Positions 50,030-59,203 of a DNA stretch of 64,000 bases are shown in pieces. The translations under genes and the position numbers were made by a program. Origin of the DNA: Candidatus Uhrbacteria bacterium CG_4_9_14_3_um_filter_41_35 (GTDB taxonomy: Bacteria; Patescibacteriota; Patescibacteriia; UBA9934); NCBI GenBank assembly GCA_002791275.1, contig PFWT01000007.1, positions 26,859 to 90,858 on the forward strand, read 5' to 3'. Numbering within the stretch: position 1 is the stretch's first letter; each line of letters begins with the position of its first letter. The notes under the pieces are model-generated. The model was not told the origin of the DNA. It made no database searches and was given only the letters and a program-made list of their open reading frames with translations.

Positions 50030-51322
50030 TTAGATTACCTCTATATTAGCTCCAATTGCTCTAAGTTTACCATACAAATCCTCGTAGCCTCGCTCCAAAT
50101 GATCAACGCCATCAATAACCGAGGTGCCCTTAGCCGCAAGCGCTGCTGCAACGTAAGCAAGACCAGCACGGATATCAGGAACTGTCATATTTTGCGCAGT
50201 GAGTTTCGAAGGCCCGTTAATCACGGCCGACTGCTGATAGTGCATATGTCTAAACCGTCCCTGCACCTGATCTGGTAGGTATTCAATGTGGATGTCCGCC
50301 CCCATCTTATTTAGAGTTTCTGTGTATTTAAACCGATCTTCCAGCACAGTTTCGTGAACGATTGATTGACCCTCAGCCTGGGTGAGTGCCACCACAAACG
50401 GTTGTTGCCAGTCAGTTGAGAACCCTGGCGCTGTGTCGGTTGTAATTGTTACTGGTTTATATTTCTCTGCACCTTTGAACAAAATACCGTCATCGCGAAC
50501 CTCATAAACACCACCAATTTGGCGAACAGCGTTTAAGAACGTGATCATGTGGTCTTGCCGAGCGCCCTCGCAAAAAATCTCTCCGCGAGTAGCAAGCGCA
50601 ATCGACGCATAAGACGCTACTTCTAACCGGTCCGGCAAAATTTCGTGTTCGCAACCGTGCAATTTTTCAACACCAATAATTGTAATGTTGCGTCCAGCAC
50701 CAAGCTCAATGATCGCCCCCATTTTCTGAAGCATCATAATCATGTCAATAATCTCCGGCTCGATTGCTGCGTTTTTAATCTCCGTCTTACCCTGCGCTAA
50801 AACGCCGGCATAAATAATTGTTTCAGTTGCTCCAACTGACGGATAACCAAGTTCAACCGACGCCCCCTTGAGGCGACCATTCACCTTGAAGTGCCAGCCA
50901 GCTTCATCTTCTGTGAACTCCGCCCCCATTCTCTGCAGAGCGTCCACATGAAAGTTAACTGGTCGCGGACCAATTTTGTCGCCACCCACTCGCGTAACGT
51001 GTGCCTCGCCTGCTCTGTGGAGTAACGGCGCTGCCAGCAAAATTGATAGTCGATTTTTTCGTGACTGTTCCAAAGTTGAAGTTGAAGTAATCTCTTTGGT
51101 TTGTGTAGTAAAAGTGTGATCGTGCAGTTCAGTTTTTGCGCCAATCATTTCAAGGAGCTCGCGCGCAATTTCGTATTCTTGATTCAAGGGAACATTGCGA
51201 AGCATAACCTCCTTGTCTGTGAGTAAGGTCGCGATCAACTGTTTTGAAACAGCATTTTTTGCTCCCGCAATTTTAACTCGACCCTTAAGTGGCGCACCTC
51301 CTGTAATTCGTAGTTCTCGCAT
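50030..51322 (-). CDS. murA: UDP-N-acetylglucosamine 1-carboxyvinyltransferase
   Basis: MRELRITGGAPLKGRVKIAGAKNA; EPSP-synthase-fold length of ~430 aa. Confidence 0.9.
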   Translation of the reverse strand: MRELRITGGAPLKGRVKIAGAKNAVSKQLIATLLTDKEVMLRNVPLNQEYEIARELLEMIGAKTELHDHTFTTQTKEITSTSTLEQSRKNRLSILLAAPLLHRAGEAHVTRVGGDKIGPRPVNFHVDALQRMGAEFTEDEAGWHFKVNGRLKGASVELGYPSVGATETIIYAGVLAQGKTEIKNAAIEPEIIDMIMMLQKMGAIIELGAGRNITIIGVEKLHGCEHEILPDRLEVASYASIALATRGEIFCEGARQDHMITFLNAVRQIGGVYEVRDDGILFKGAEKYKPVTITTDTAPGFSTDWQQPFVVALTQAEGQSIVHETVLEDRFKYTETLNKMGADIHIEYLPDQVQGRFRHMHYQQSAVINGPSKLTAQNMTVPDIRAGLAYVAAALAAKGTSVIDGVDHLERGYEDLYGKLRAIGANIEVI

Positions 51323-51424
51323 AAAACAGGTTAATATTCTAATCCTTCTTATTATAGTGATATTCACAGCTTATCATATTTCAGAACAAAAAAAAGACCC
51401 TGGGTGCGTACCCAGGGTCACCAA

Positions 51425-52780
51425 TTACTGCGTTTTCCAGTAGAGCATCATCGCATGACGCTCCTTCGAGTCCCACGACAGCCTTGGCCACCAAAGTGGA
51501 CAAAGGTAGTCAAAGAGTTGCGCAGCTTGGTAGGTGCTATGTCGATCACCACCAGTTGAGGTTTGAGTTGAGAGGTATTCGCGAGCGGTGGTCACGATTT
51601 GCTCAACTCGACTGGCAATTATTCGATTGTCGTACTCAATCTGCCTGGTAAACCGCCCGATTGTCTTAGTGTCCCAATAGTCCCTGTGACTATTCTTGTT
51701 AACGCCACCGGGATCAGGGATTTTTTCGAGCGGTCCGGTCCAAATACGCTTATGCGTGTACTCACTGAAAAACTCGGCATCGGACTTTGTGGCTGCTCGT
51801 CTAGTTCCGGTGCGTCCAACAACCGAAACAACGATGTACATCCAGCCACCACGATCCGCCACAGCCTTCTTTGACGAACCTTGAACGCAGTAACGCTCCT
51901 TCTTTTCCACGGCACGTTCCAGACTCTTGTCTCGACTAACGTGCCGAATTTCCCAGATCTCGTCGTCGATCTCGACAGTTCGCAGTTCCCACAGCTCTTT
52001 TTCTTCATGAACTGTTAGACCCTGAAGACGCATCTCATGAGCTTTTCTTTTGTCTTCAGGAATACCTGAACCAGCTTCAACTAATTCACGTTCGAGTTGC
52101 TCGGCAGACTCCTTGATCGACTGTCGAAGATCAAGCGCGGCTCGATGTGCTTCCGCCTTTGATTCAAAAAACAGTGGTTGTCCAAGCGCTCGGCTTGAGT
52201 TTGCAGGGTTGGTTTCAATCACGATCCAGAGCTTCACAAACTGGCCAGTAAACATTTTACGTAGCGCAATTTCTTCGATTTGCGAGAGATTCTCAGCAAC
52301 ATCCGCCTCTGACTCAACTACATCCCAAGAAAGTAGCTGGAGCGCAAACACAAACGATCGTTGCGCCTCTTCTCTAGTCCTAATGTCCTGCTCGGACAAT
52401 TCCGGACTATCCGGAACTGTTGCCATTTTGAACAAGCGAATTGGCTCAAGAGCAACCTGTACTGGTCCAAAAGAATCAAGCGCTGAAAAACGTTGCTTGA
52501 GCGGACCTGTAATTAGGCTATTGAAGTACTTTCGTGACTGATCGATCTTTCGTTGCAGGTCCTTGTAAAACTCGTTCGCACCCATCGCGGCAACTAACGA
52601 TTCTTCCCCGCGATACTCCCGATTCACTTGGCAAAACGCCATAAACAGTGCGACCTTCTTACAGGTTGCTCGCTTCTCAAGTGTCATTTCATAGAGCTCC
52701 CGCATCCTCATTACAAGGGGCACGAACTCTGTAAAACTAATGAAATGCTCTTCTTTATCCGGATAAAAGTAACCCGTCAT
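51425..52780 (-). CDS. Hypothetical protein (451 aa), elevated GC
   Basis: Long ORF at ~52% GC in a ~40% GC background. No assignable motif. Confidence 0.55.
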   Translation of the reverse strand: MTGYFYPDKEEHFISFTEFVPLVMRMRELYEMTLEKRATCKKVALFMAFCQVNREYRGEESLVAAMGANEFYKDLQRKIDQSRKYFNSLITGPLKQRFSALDSFGPVQVALEPIRLFKMATVPDSPELSEQDIRTREEAQRSFVFALQLLSWDVVESEADVAENLSQIEEIALRKMFTGQFVKLWIVIETNPANSSRALGQPLFFESKAEAHRAALDLRQSIKESAEQLERELVEAGSGIPEDKRKAHEMRLQGLTVHEEKELWELRTVEIDDEIWEIRHVSRDKSLERAVEKKERYCVQGSSKKAVADRGGWMYIVVSVVGRTGTRRAATKSDAEFFSEYTHKRIWTGPLEKIPDPGGVNKNSHRDYWDTKTIGRFTRQIEYDNRIIASRVEQIVTTAREYLSTQTSTGGDRHSTYQAAQLFDYLCPLWWPRLSWDSKERHAMMLYWKTQ

Positions 52781-52919
52781 TTTGTACCTCTCTTGTTAAA
52801 AAGAACCGTCCTTGTTATGGATCTAAGCAATTTTTGAGCTTTTAGTCAATACTCAGATTAACTAAAAACACGTTAAAAAGTATATTTTGAACGTATTTTA
52901 GTACTGGACTATGATTAAT

Positions 52920-53873
52920 CTATATCGCCGTTATAATCCCGCCGCTTGTACAGGTACCTGAAATACCAGTGTTTGGCACCAAAATCGACCAGTAAATTTC
53001 ATCAAACGACCTGTTCTTAGTTGTTCTTTGTGGCAAATTCACTGCCCGATATTTCACAGCTTCAATATTTAACGCATCCGAAGTTTCACTTTTCTCCATT
53101 TCGTTGTACGTTCCAGACGTCACATCAATCCTTTGTGCTGAAACCGGAATTATTCCCCGGTCACAAACCATATCTTCAAAACGAACTTGCAAATCAGCGT
53201 CTACATTACCTATATTTTCGATAATAGCTGGCTCGGTAGCTGTACGTGATTCACCTGGATAAAGCTCACCGTAATCAATAACTTCAGGTAATGCCAGTTG
53301 AAGCAGTGTTTCCACCTCGTTAACATAGCTTCCATGCACCACTTGATCGTTGATTGTGTTTTGAAGCGCTATCTTCATCTGCCAATTTTGATCTACGTAT
53401 TTTGAACGACTGCCAACAGTTGCATCCATCCAGTACTCAAACCTTACCTTACAAAGTAAGGTACCACCCAGCGCTGATTGTGGCGTAAAGTAACAATCAT
53501 TATTTTCCGTTGAAAGCCGATAACAATTTTGCGGATCCGAAGTGCAGTTTTCGCCAGTCTCGAGTCCTGAGCGGTAAAAAACAATATCAGTTTCCCCAAT
53601 CTCTCCCACACCATTTAAATCTTCAAGGTCAGCAATTATATAGTAAGTTGTCGTAGTGCCACCAGTCAAAGTTATTGAGTTCACATTTCCGTCTTCTTTG
53701 AGACCAGTACGGTTAATGGCTATTGTTTTAACTTGAGAGGGATGATCGCGAATAATGATAATGGCGGAAGTTGCATTAGTTTTTAAAAATGGTAGCAGTA
53801 GCAAAAAACTAAAAATCAAAATCACGAGTGAAATTATTATTGGTAACCTGTAGCGCTCTATAAAATTTTGCAT
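52920..53873 (-). CDS. Divergent sixth member of the anchored Cys-containing secreted family
   Basis: N-terminal TM (LPIIISLVILIFSFLLLLPF). Shares CKVRFEYWMDAT and the C-terminal GISGTCTSGGIITAI with paralogs 1-5. Confidence 0.5.
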   Translation of the reverse strand: MQNFIERYRLPIIISLVILIFSFLLLLPFLKTNATSAIIIIRDHPSQVKTIAINRTGLKEDGNVNSITLTGGTTTTYYIIADLEDLNGVGEIGETDIVFYRSGLETGENCTSDPQNCYRLSTENNDCYFTPQSALGGTLLCKVRFEYWMDATVGSRSKYVDQNWQMKIALQNTINDQVVHGSYVNEVETLLQLALPEVIDYGELYPGESRTATEPAIIENIGNVDADLQVRFEDMVCDRGIIPVSAQRIDVTSGTYNEMEKSETSDALNIEAVKYRAVNLPQRTTKNRSFDEIYWSILVPNTGISGTCTSGGIITAI

Positions 53874-53878
53874 ATACT

Positions 53879-55363
53879 TTACACGGTAACTATCACAATG
53901 TTCGAGTAGTCACTTTGTTTATCTTTTAAATTAACCACTCCGTCGTGGTTTGCGTCAACCCGAACACTAGCAATGACCTGCGCGCCGATTGAAAGTGTAT
54001 TCGCTGGCACGTTAATTGCCCAAATTCCGTGCCCCACCATTGTTAAACCGAGTGAAACACCGTTTACTATAACTTCAATTAAAGCCCCATCTTTTTCGAT
54101 TGAAGTCCCGGTAATCTGCGGTGAAGTTATTCTGATTGGTGTATTTATCTTTGGTGGCTTCGTGTACACCGCCTTTTTATGTACCGCTACAAACAGTCCT
54201 ATGAACATGAGCAACAAAGCAGACAAAATAATCAGCAAATAATTTATAGTTTTTTCTATTATAGGGCTCGCAATTGCAAGATCTGAAGTTTTGGTTTCAG
54301 AAGTTCTGTTACCATATTCAACATAAGATAAAATCCGAAATTCACCTTGGTCGGTCATTGGGAGTATCTGATTAAATGTAACTGTCTCCCCTATCGAAAC
54401 TTTGATTGGTTCTGTTTTTAAAATATCAACAATCGACTCACCATCATAAACCTCGGTCACCATATTGGCAAAATAACTGGTTTCGCCGTTATTAGTGAAA
54501 ATTGCGTTAAACTGTACTAGCTCACCAGACGTATAACTTGTTTTGTCAAAAATAACCGAACTCAAAACCCCAGATTGTTTTAATACTCCCGTACCATAAA
54601 TTTCGAAATTGCTTGTTGTTGTATCCGTCTTGTCTTTATATTGAAAGTCAACAACCAGTGTATACTCACCACGATTCAAGGTTGAAAAGAGGTCGATTAT
54701 GTGAGTGTGAGTTTCGCCAGGTTCGGTAAATTCGAGATCTGACCCCGAGACAATTTTTTCTTCAATTAACCTACCTCTATTATTAAAAAGTGAAGCCGTT
54801 ATAAAATCTGGCTTCCAGTTCAGGTTTCCGTTATTTTTGATTGTATAGTTAATAAACAATGGTAAACCCTCCTCCGTTTGGATTGGTGTCATTTTTATTA
54901 CCTCGTAGTCGAGCTTTTCAGTATTTGAAACAGTAAAATGTATCTGCAAAGTAACACCACCTAAAACATTTACCGCACCTAAATGGGCATTGTTCTGATT
55001 TGCAGGCTGTATTCCTATAAAGTCTATTTCAGCAGAATAATCACCGTTTGTAAGTGAACTGGCTATAATTTGAAATTTATATACCAGCTGGCTTTCGCCC
55101 GCTTCAAAAGATATTTGCTCTGCACCTTTTATAAAAGACTTGGCATCACCTCTAAATTCAACCTTAACCGCCGACGCTTTTGAAACATCACCACTGCGCG
55201 TTAAAATTACTTGGTCGTTGTGTGGGACGTCATTTAAGATATCGTGACTTATAATTTCTGCTGGTGACACCCCTATTCCTGCAAAAGCAAAACTAGGCGC
55301 ACAAACAATTAGTGACGATAATAATATAATTACGTAAAAAAATATTCCCCCTTTATTTCTCAT
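53879..55363 (-). CDS. Secreted family-B paralog (494 aa)
   Basis: Signal peptide ...CAPSFAFA|GIGVSPAEI; TM INYLLIILSALLLMFIGLFVAV + HKK. C-terminal Ig-like tail homologous to the 46680 protein (ITSPQITGT.. / VITGTCSGKVG..). Confidence 0.6.
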   Translation of the reverse strand: MRNKGGIFFYVIILLSSLIVCAPSFAFAGIGVSPAEIISHDILNDVPHNDQVILTRSGDVSKASAVKVEFRGDAKSFIKGAEQISFEAGESQLVYKFQIIASSLTNGDYSAEIDFIGIQPANQNNAHLGAVNVLGGVTLQIHFTVSNTEKLDYEVIKMTPIQTEEGLPLFINYTIKNNGNLNWKPDFITASLFNNRGRLIEEKIVSGSDLEFTEPGETHTHIIDLFSTLNRGEYTLVVDFQYKDKTDTTTSNFEIYGTGVLKQSGVLSSVIFDKTSYTSGELVQFNAIFTNNGETSYFANMVTEVYDGESIVDILKTEPIKVSIGETVTFNQILPMTDQGEFRILSYVEYGNRTSETKTSDLAIASPIIEKTINYLLIILSALLLMFIGLFVAVHKKAVYTKPPKINTPIRITSPQITGTSIEKDGALIEVIVNGVSLGLTMVGHGIWAINVPANTLSIGAQVIASVRVDANHDGVVNLKDKQSDYSNIVIVTV

Positions 55364-55584
55364 AACTAAAATTATTATAACCTTTTAGCTATAAAGGCGA
55401 AAGCTTGATTGTTTTAACAAAACAATCTCCGCAAATAGATAGCTATTCTGTCTAAAATTTAACTTCGGAACTAGAGTATTAACAGTTGCAGATTTTTCTA
55501 GCTAAATAAGTTTGTACCAAAAACAAATATTAGAAATAAATGAGGGTGTTAAAACACCCTCGAGAAACTTTTTACGTTTTTGCC

Positions 55585-56778
55585 TTACCACGCTGGACAG
55601 TGATAAGCCCGCTGAACGCTGTTGTAGTCCGTGGGACCGTTACCGTTCACGTCGTAGTAAAGGAACTGTTGAACACTACAGTCACGAGCCGGCGTTCGCT
55701 TCGAGATGTCGGCGTAGGTGTGGATGTAGCCAAAGACAGCGCTGTTTGGCTGAACGAAGTGACGCCAGTACTCCGGCGCAAAGCCACTTTGCGGGTTGGG
55801 ACCCACGTAAGCAAAGCCGTTCACCCACACGGTTTCGTCATCCTTCGCCGGAAATACTTGGCAGTATTCCGGCGCCATTGACGAGTTCGTGTTGATGTAC
55901 TGGTTGATCACCTCCCGCCCCTCCTGATAGAAGGGGTAGCTCTGCACCGCCATCGACTGACTGATCGCGTAGAGCTTGACGGCCGTGAGCGTCGAGGCGT
56001 AGTTCTGCATATCCATACAGATCAGAATCCGGTTATCCTCCGTGAGACTGGATGGATCCGTGGGCTCGTTCAGAACCAAATCCGTCCCCGGATCTTCGAC
56101 CTCGGGTGGCGGACCCTGCTCCCAGACCGGGAGCAGGGAACCGTAAACGTTGCCCTCCACCAATCCGCAGACCATATTTTCGGTCGACAAAGTCTTCTGA
56201 AGACCAGCGTTCACATCCTGCGCACGGATCGAAAGCCCCTCCACACTGGTACCATAAGTACCGTCCCTCGAGGCATCGCCACGGTGACGGCCGATGTGCA
56301 CGTGATCGCCAGTCGAGGAACCTGTGGTACCTTCGATACCAATCAGGTCCCCCATATCGATCCATCGGCCGTCCTCGGTGTCCGCGCGCTTCAGATGCGC
56401 CAGAATGATGTAGGTACCATCGCCGAGGTCAATGTTCACGTGAATTCCGAACCCGCTATCGAGATCGGTGTGAACGTACGCCGTACCGGAAATCGGCGCG
56501 TACACGCTGAGATCCATATCGTTTGGCGTATCAAGATCCACGTCGTGCATAGTGGAGTCGTAGTGGTGCGAATAGCTACCAAACGGCCCCTGCACGCACT
56601 GCAAGCGAACACCGTGGGCGAAGGGCATATGAACAACAACACTGTCCTGACCACCGAAGTGGTCAGTATCGTAGCTCATAGGCACCACCTCACCAGCCGT
56701 GAACCAACTCGGCGTACAGCCGTGTTGCAAAGACAGGATCAGCAAAAGAACAGACACACGAAACAACTTGGTAAGCAT
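55585..56778 (-). CDS. Secreted M23 (LytM-type) metallopeptidase, high-GC, likely horizontally acquired
   Basis: Signal peptide MLTKLFRVSVLLLILSLQHGC. M23 motifs HxxxD (HHYDSTMHDVD) and ILAHL...GDLIGIEGTTGSSTGDHVHIG. GC ~58% against ~40% in flanking genes. Confidence 0.75.
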   Translation of the reverse strand: MLTKLFRVSVLLLILSLQHGCTPSWFTAGEVVPMSYDTDHFGGQDSVVVHMPFAHGVRLQCVQGPFGSYSHHYDSTMHDVDLDTPNDMDLSVYAPISGTAYVHTDLDSGFGIHVNIDLGDGTYIILAHLKRADTEDGRWIDMGDLIGIEGTTGSSTGDHVHIGRHRGDASRDGTYGTSVEGLSIRAQDVNAGLQKTLSTENMVCGLVEGNVYGSLLPVWEQGPPPEVEDPGTDLVLNEPTDPSSLTEDNRILICMDMQNYASTLTAVKLYAISQSMAVQSYPFYQEGREVINQYINTNSSMAPEYCQVFPAKDDETVWVNGFAYVGPNPQSGFAPEYWRHFVQPNSAVFGYIHTYADISKRTPARDCSVQQFLYYDVNGNGPTDYNSVQRAYHCPAW

Positions 56779-56835
56779 TGTTGCTTCCTTATTGTAATTT
56801 TTGGACGAGATGCAAAGCAGTAATTTGCTAAACAA

Positions 56836-57100
56836 CCTCTTACAGTGTGGGAGTCGTAAATTGTAAGCACTATAAGAGGTTGTTAAGGGGTAGAACAGGT
56901 CGGAAAATAACTCCCCATGTATACTTTCCGACCCACCAAATAGAAACCAGTTCTGCGTAAGTCAGGCGTCTCACTAAACTCATGCCCTTGTTACGGAAGT
57001 CCCAGAAATCTTTTTTTTTGGAAGCCCTTGAATCCGTCTCAGGATTCGGTTGCTGTTACGTCCTAAATATATATTCCAATTATTAAAGGCCTGGGTCAAT
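56836..57100 (-). promoter_or_regulatory. Structured 5' leader of the M23 peptidase gene (candidate riboswitch/ncRNA)
   Basis: Several strong inverted repeats: aacaacctctta..taagaggttgtt (12 bp), ggtcggaaa..tttccgacc, gaatccgtctcaggattc. No ORF. Confidence 0.3.
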
Positions 57101-57778
57101 GAAATCAATCTCTACTTTACGTCAGCTATCATCAACACTTTTGTAAAAGAAAAAAATTTTGTGTTCAGTAGCAAATTACAAAAAAAATTTATTCTTCAAA
57201 TTATTAAGGATTAACCTAAATAATATAACGCAAGCACTTAACAAAATTTATCTTTTAACAAAAAATGAGTTGATACTCATCAACAACTTCTGTTAACAAG
57301 TCCTAAATGTAATTTTAAACTTTACAAATAAATGAACTTAATAACCTTAAAATTAGCAGAAAATCAGAATCTTAAATATTTAGCATAAACAAAAAAACGA
57401 ACAGTGTTCGCTTTTTCTGACCCCAGGTGCGGGTTGTAATTGGTCCTCTGCCACATATGGGCAAACCAGCAATACCTAGCGAGCGTGTAAGACAGTGCCT
57501 AGACGCCGAGCAGTATTTAGGAGAGGCCGCTGGATCCCCGCACGTACACCCTATTTAGGTGGACAGCTAGTCTACGTTAACTCGTCGATGCCTTAGCCCT
57601 TTGCGAAAACACGGATCCTTACAAATTGTAATTGGCCAATTACATATTCCACAACCTGAAGTACCTGTATTATGTCACAATCTACCTTTTCCTCCAAATA
57701 ATTATAAAAACCTCAGCATAATTTAGTAAACAAATAACCAACCAGCAAAACTGGTTGGTTATATAATCATTTGTTAAC

Positions 57779-58246
57779 TTATACTCCTTCTCCGAAGTGG
57801 AATTTGTCTGTCATCTTGTCGTAACCGATCACTTCGCTGTCGTTAAAGAAGCGTTTGATCTCAATTTCTGCAGATTCTACGCTATCTGAAGCGTGGATAA
57901 TGTTTGAGGGTACATTCATTGAAAGATCTGCTCGGATTGTTCCAACATCAGCTTCACGTGGGTTTGTTGAACCAACAATTGCACGAACAACATTCACAAC
58001 ATCTAGTCCTTCAAGAACTAGCGCAACCACTGGAGTTTGCATCATAAATTTCTTCAAATCAGCAAAAAATGGCTTATCTGCAAGGTGTCCGTAGTGCTCA
58101 GTTAGTGTTGCTTCATCAAGAAGAGTTAACTTCATCCCAACCATTTTCAGCCCACGTCGCTCAAAACGAGTGATTACCTCACCCACCAACTCGCGCTGTA
58201 CTGCGTCTGGTTTAATTAATACTAGCGATTTTTGAATGTCTGCCAT
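57779..58246 (-). CDS. ndk: Nucleoside diphosphate kinase
   Basis: LVLIKPDAV..., NIIHASD active-site His region. Confidence 0.9.
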   Translation of the reverse strand: MADIQKSLVLIKPDAVQRELVGEVITRFERRGLKMVGMKLTLLDEATLTEHYGHLADKPFFADLKKFMMQTPVVALVLEGLDVVNVVRAIVGSTNPREADVGTIRADLSMNVPSNIIHASDSVESAEIEIKRFFNDSEVIGYDKMTDKFHFGEGV

Positions 58247-58392
58247 AAGTTATTTTAACTTTGGTTAGTTAGATTTTATTTGATTGCATACTAACAGTTT
58301 ATCCCCGAAAAGGCAAGATGATCTTCGCTTAACTAGCCCAATTATTAGACAGCGGGAGATATTGAGTATAAGCTGTAGTGAAATAATTGATT

Positions 58393-59112
58393 ATGAATGA
58401 AACTAAAATTTCAGTAATAATTCCATCCTACAATCACGCCGACTCCTTGCCTGGTTGTTTTGAATCGCTTTTTACCCAAACCGTCCCAGTTAGAGAAATT
58501 ATCGTAGTTGACGACGGTTCGACTGATAACACTAGTGAAATCGTCAAACCCTATCTCGACCGTGTAAAATACATTTACCAAGAAAACGCTGGTGCTCCAG
58601 CTGCTCGAAATAATGGTTTTAGAAGTAGTACCGGAGAATACGTCATCTTCTGCGACGCCGATGTTATTATGAAGCCAAAGATGCTTGAAATAATGCTAGC
58701 AGAGCTTGAAAAAAATTCTGACATTTCAGTTGCTTATTCAGGTTTCGTTTGGGGTTGGAAAGCTTTCAAAGGTCTGCCCTTTTCCAAAGAACAGTTATTT
58801 AAAATGAATTTTATTCACTCAACCTCTTTAGTTCGTCGAGAAGATTTTCCTCTATTTGATGAGAACGTGAAGCGACTTCAAGACTGGGACCTTTGGCTAA
58901 CGATGACTAAGCAAGGTAAGATGGCAAAATGCGTTTCAGAAGAGCCACTCTTTACCGTGCGCATCGACGGCACCTCACGAATTGGTTCTAGCTGGATACC
59001 GAAAATTATGTATAAACTCCCCTGGCACCTCATCGGTTGGGCACCAAAGCAAGTTTCAAAGTATAAAACTGCGCGCGAGATTCTAAAAAAGAAACACGCT
59101 GAAATCGTCTAA
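58393..59112 (+). CDS. Family 2 glycosyltransferase
   Basis: ISVIIPSYNHADSL...VDDGSTDNT (GT-A DxD region). The track start is a TTG two codons upstream. Confidence 0.8.
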   Translation: MNETKISVIIPSYNHADSLPGCFESLFTQTVPVREIIVVDDGSTDNTSEIVKPYLDRVKYIYQENAGAPAARNNGFRSSTGEYVIFCDADVIMKPKMLEIMLAELEKNSDISVAYSGFVWGWKAFKGLPFSKEQLFKMNFIHSTSLVRREDFPLFDENVKRLQDWDLWLTMTKQGKMAKCVSEEPLFTVRIDGTSRIGSSWIPKIMYKLPWHLIGWAPKQVSKYKTAREILKKKHAEIV

Positions 59113-59146
59113 TTCAGACTTGACAATTAACTATAGTTAATCTAAA

Positions 59147-59180
59147 AAACACCGGTAACACAAAGTTACTGGTGTTTTTT
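59147..59180 (+). terminator. Rho-independent terminator after the GT2 gene
   Basis: aaaaacaccggtaac-acaaa-gttactggtg followed by TTTTTT. Confidence 0.55.
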
Positions 59181-59203
59181 CACAATGAGGAGGAAAATTC
59201 AAA

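Noticed and set aside
51599-52541. Internal and antisense ORFs within the 451-aa high-GC gene (51599..51874+, 51619..52008-, 51696..51884+, 52050..52541+)
   Set aside because: Same compositional artefact as in the M23 gene. The long 451-aa frame is the only one with consistent coding bias.
56033-56823. Four 70-180-aa ORFs on both strands inside the M23 peptidase gene
   Set aside because: Artefacts of the ~58% GC of this gene (few stop codons in any frame). Arg/Pro-rich nonsense translations.
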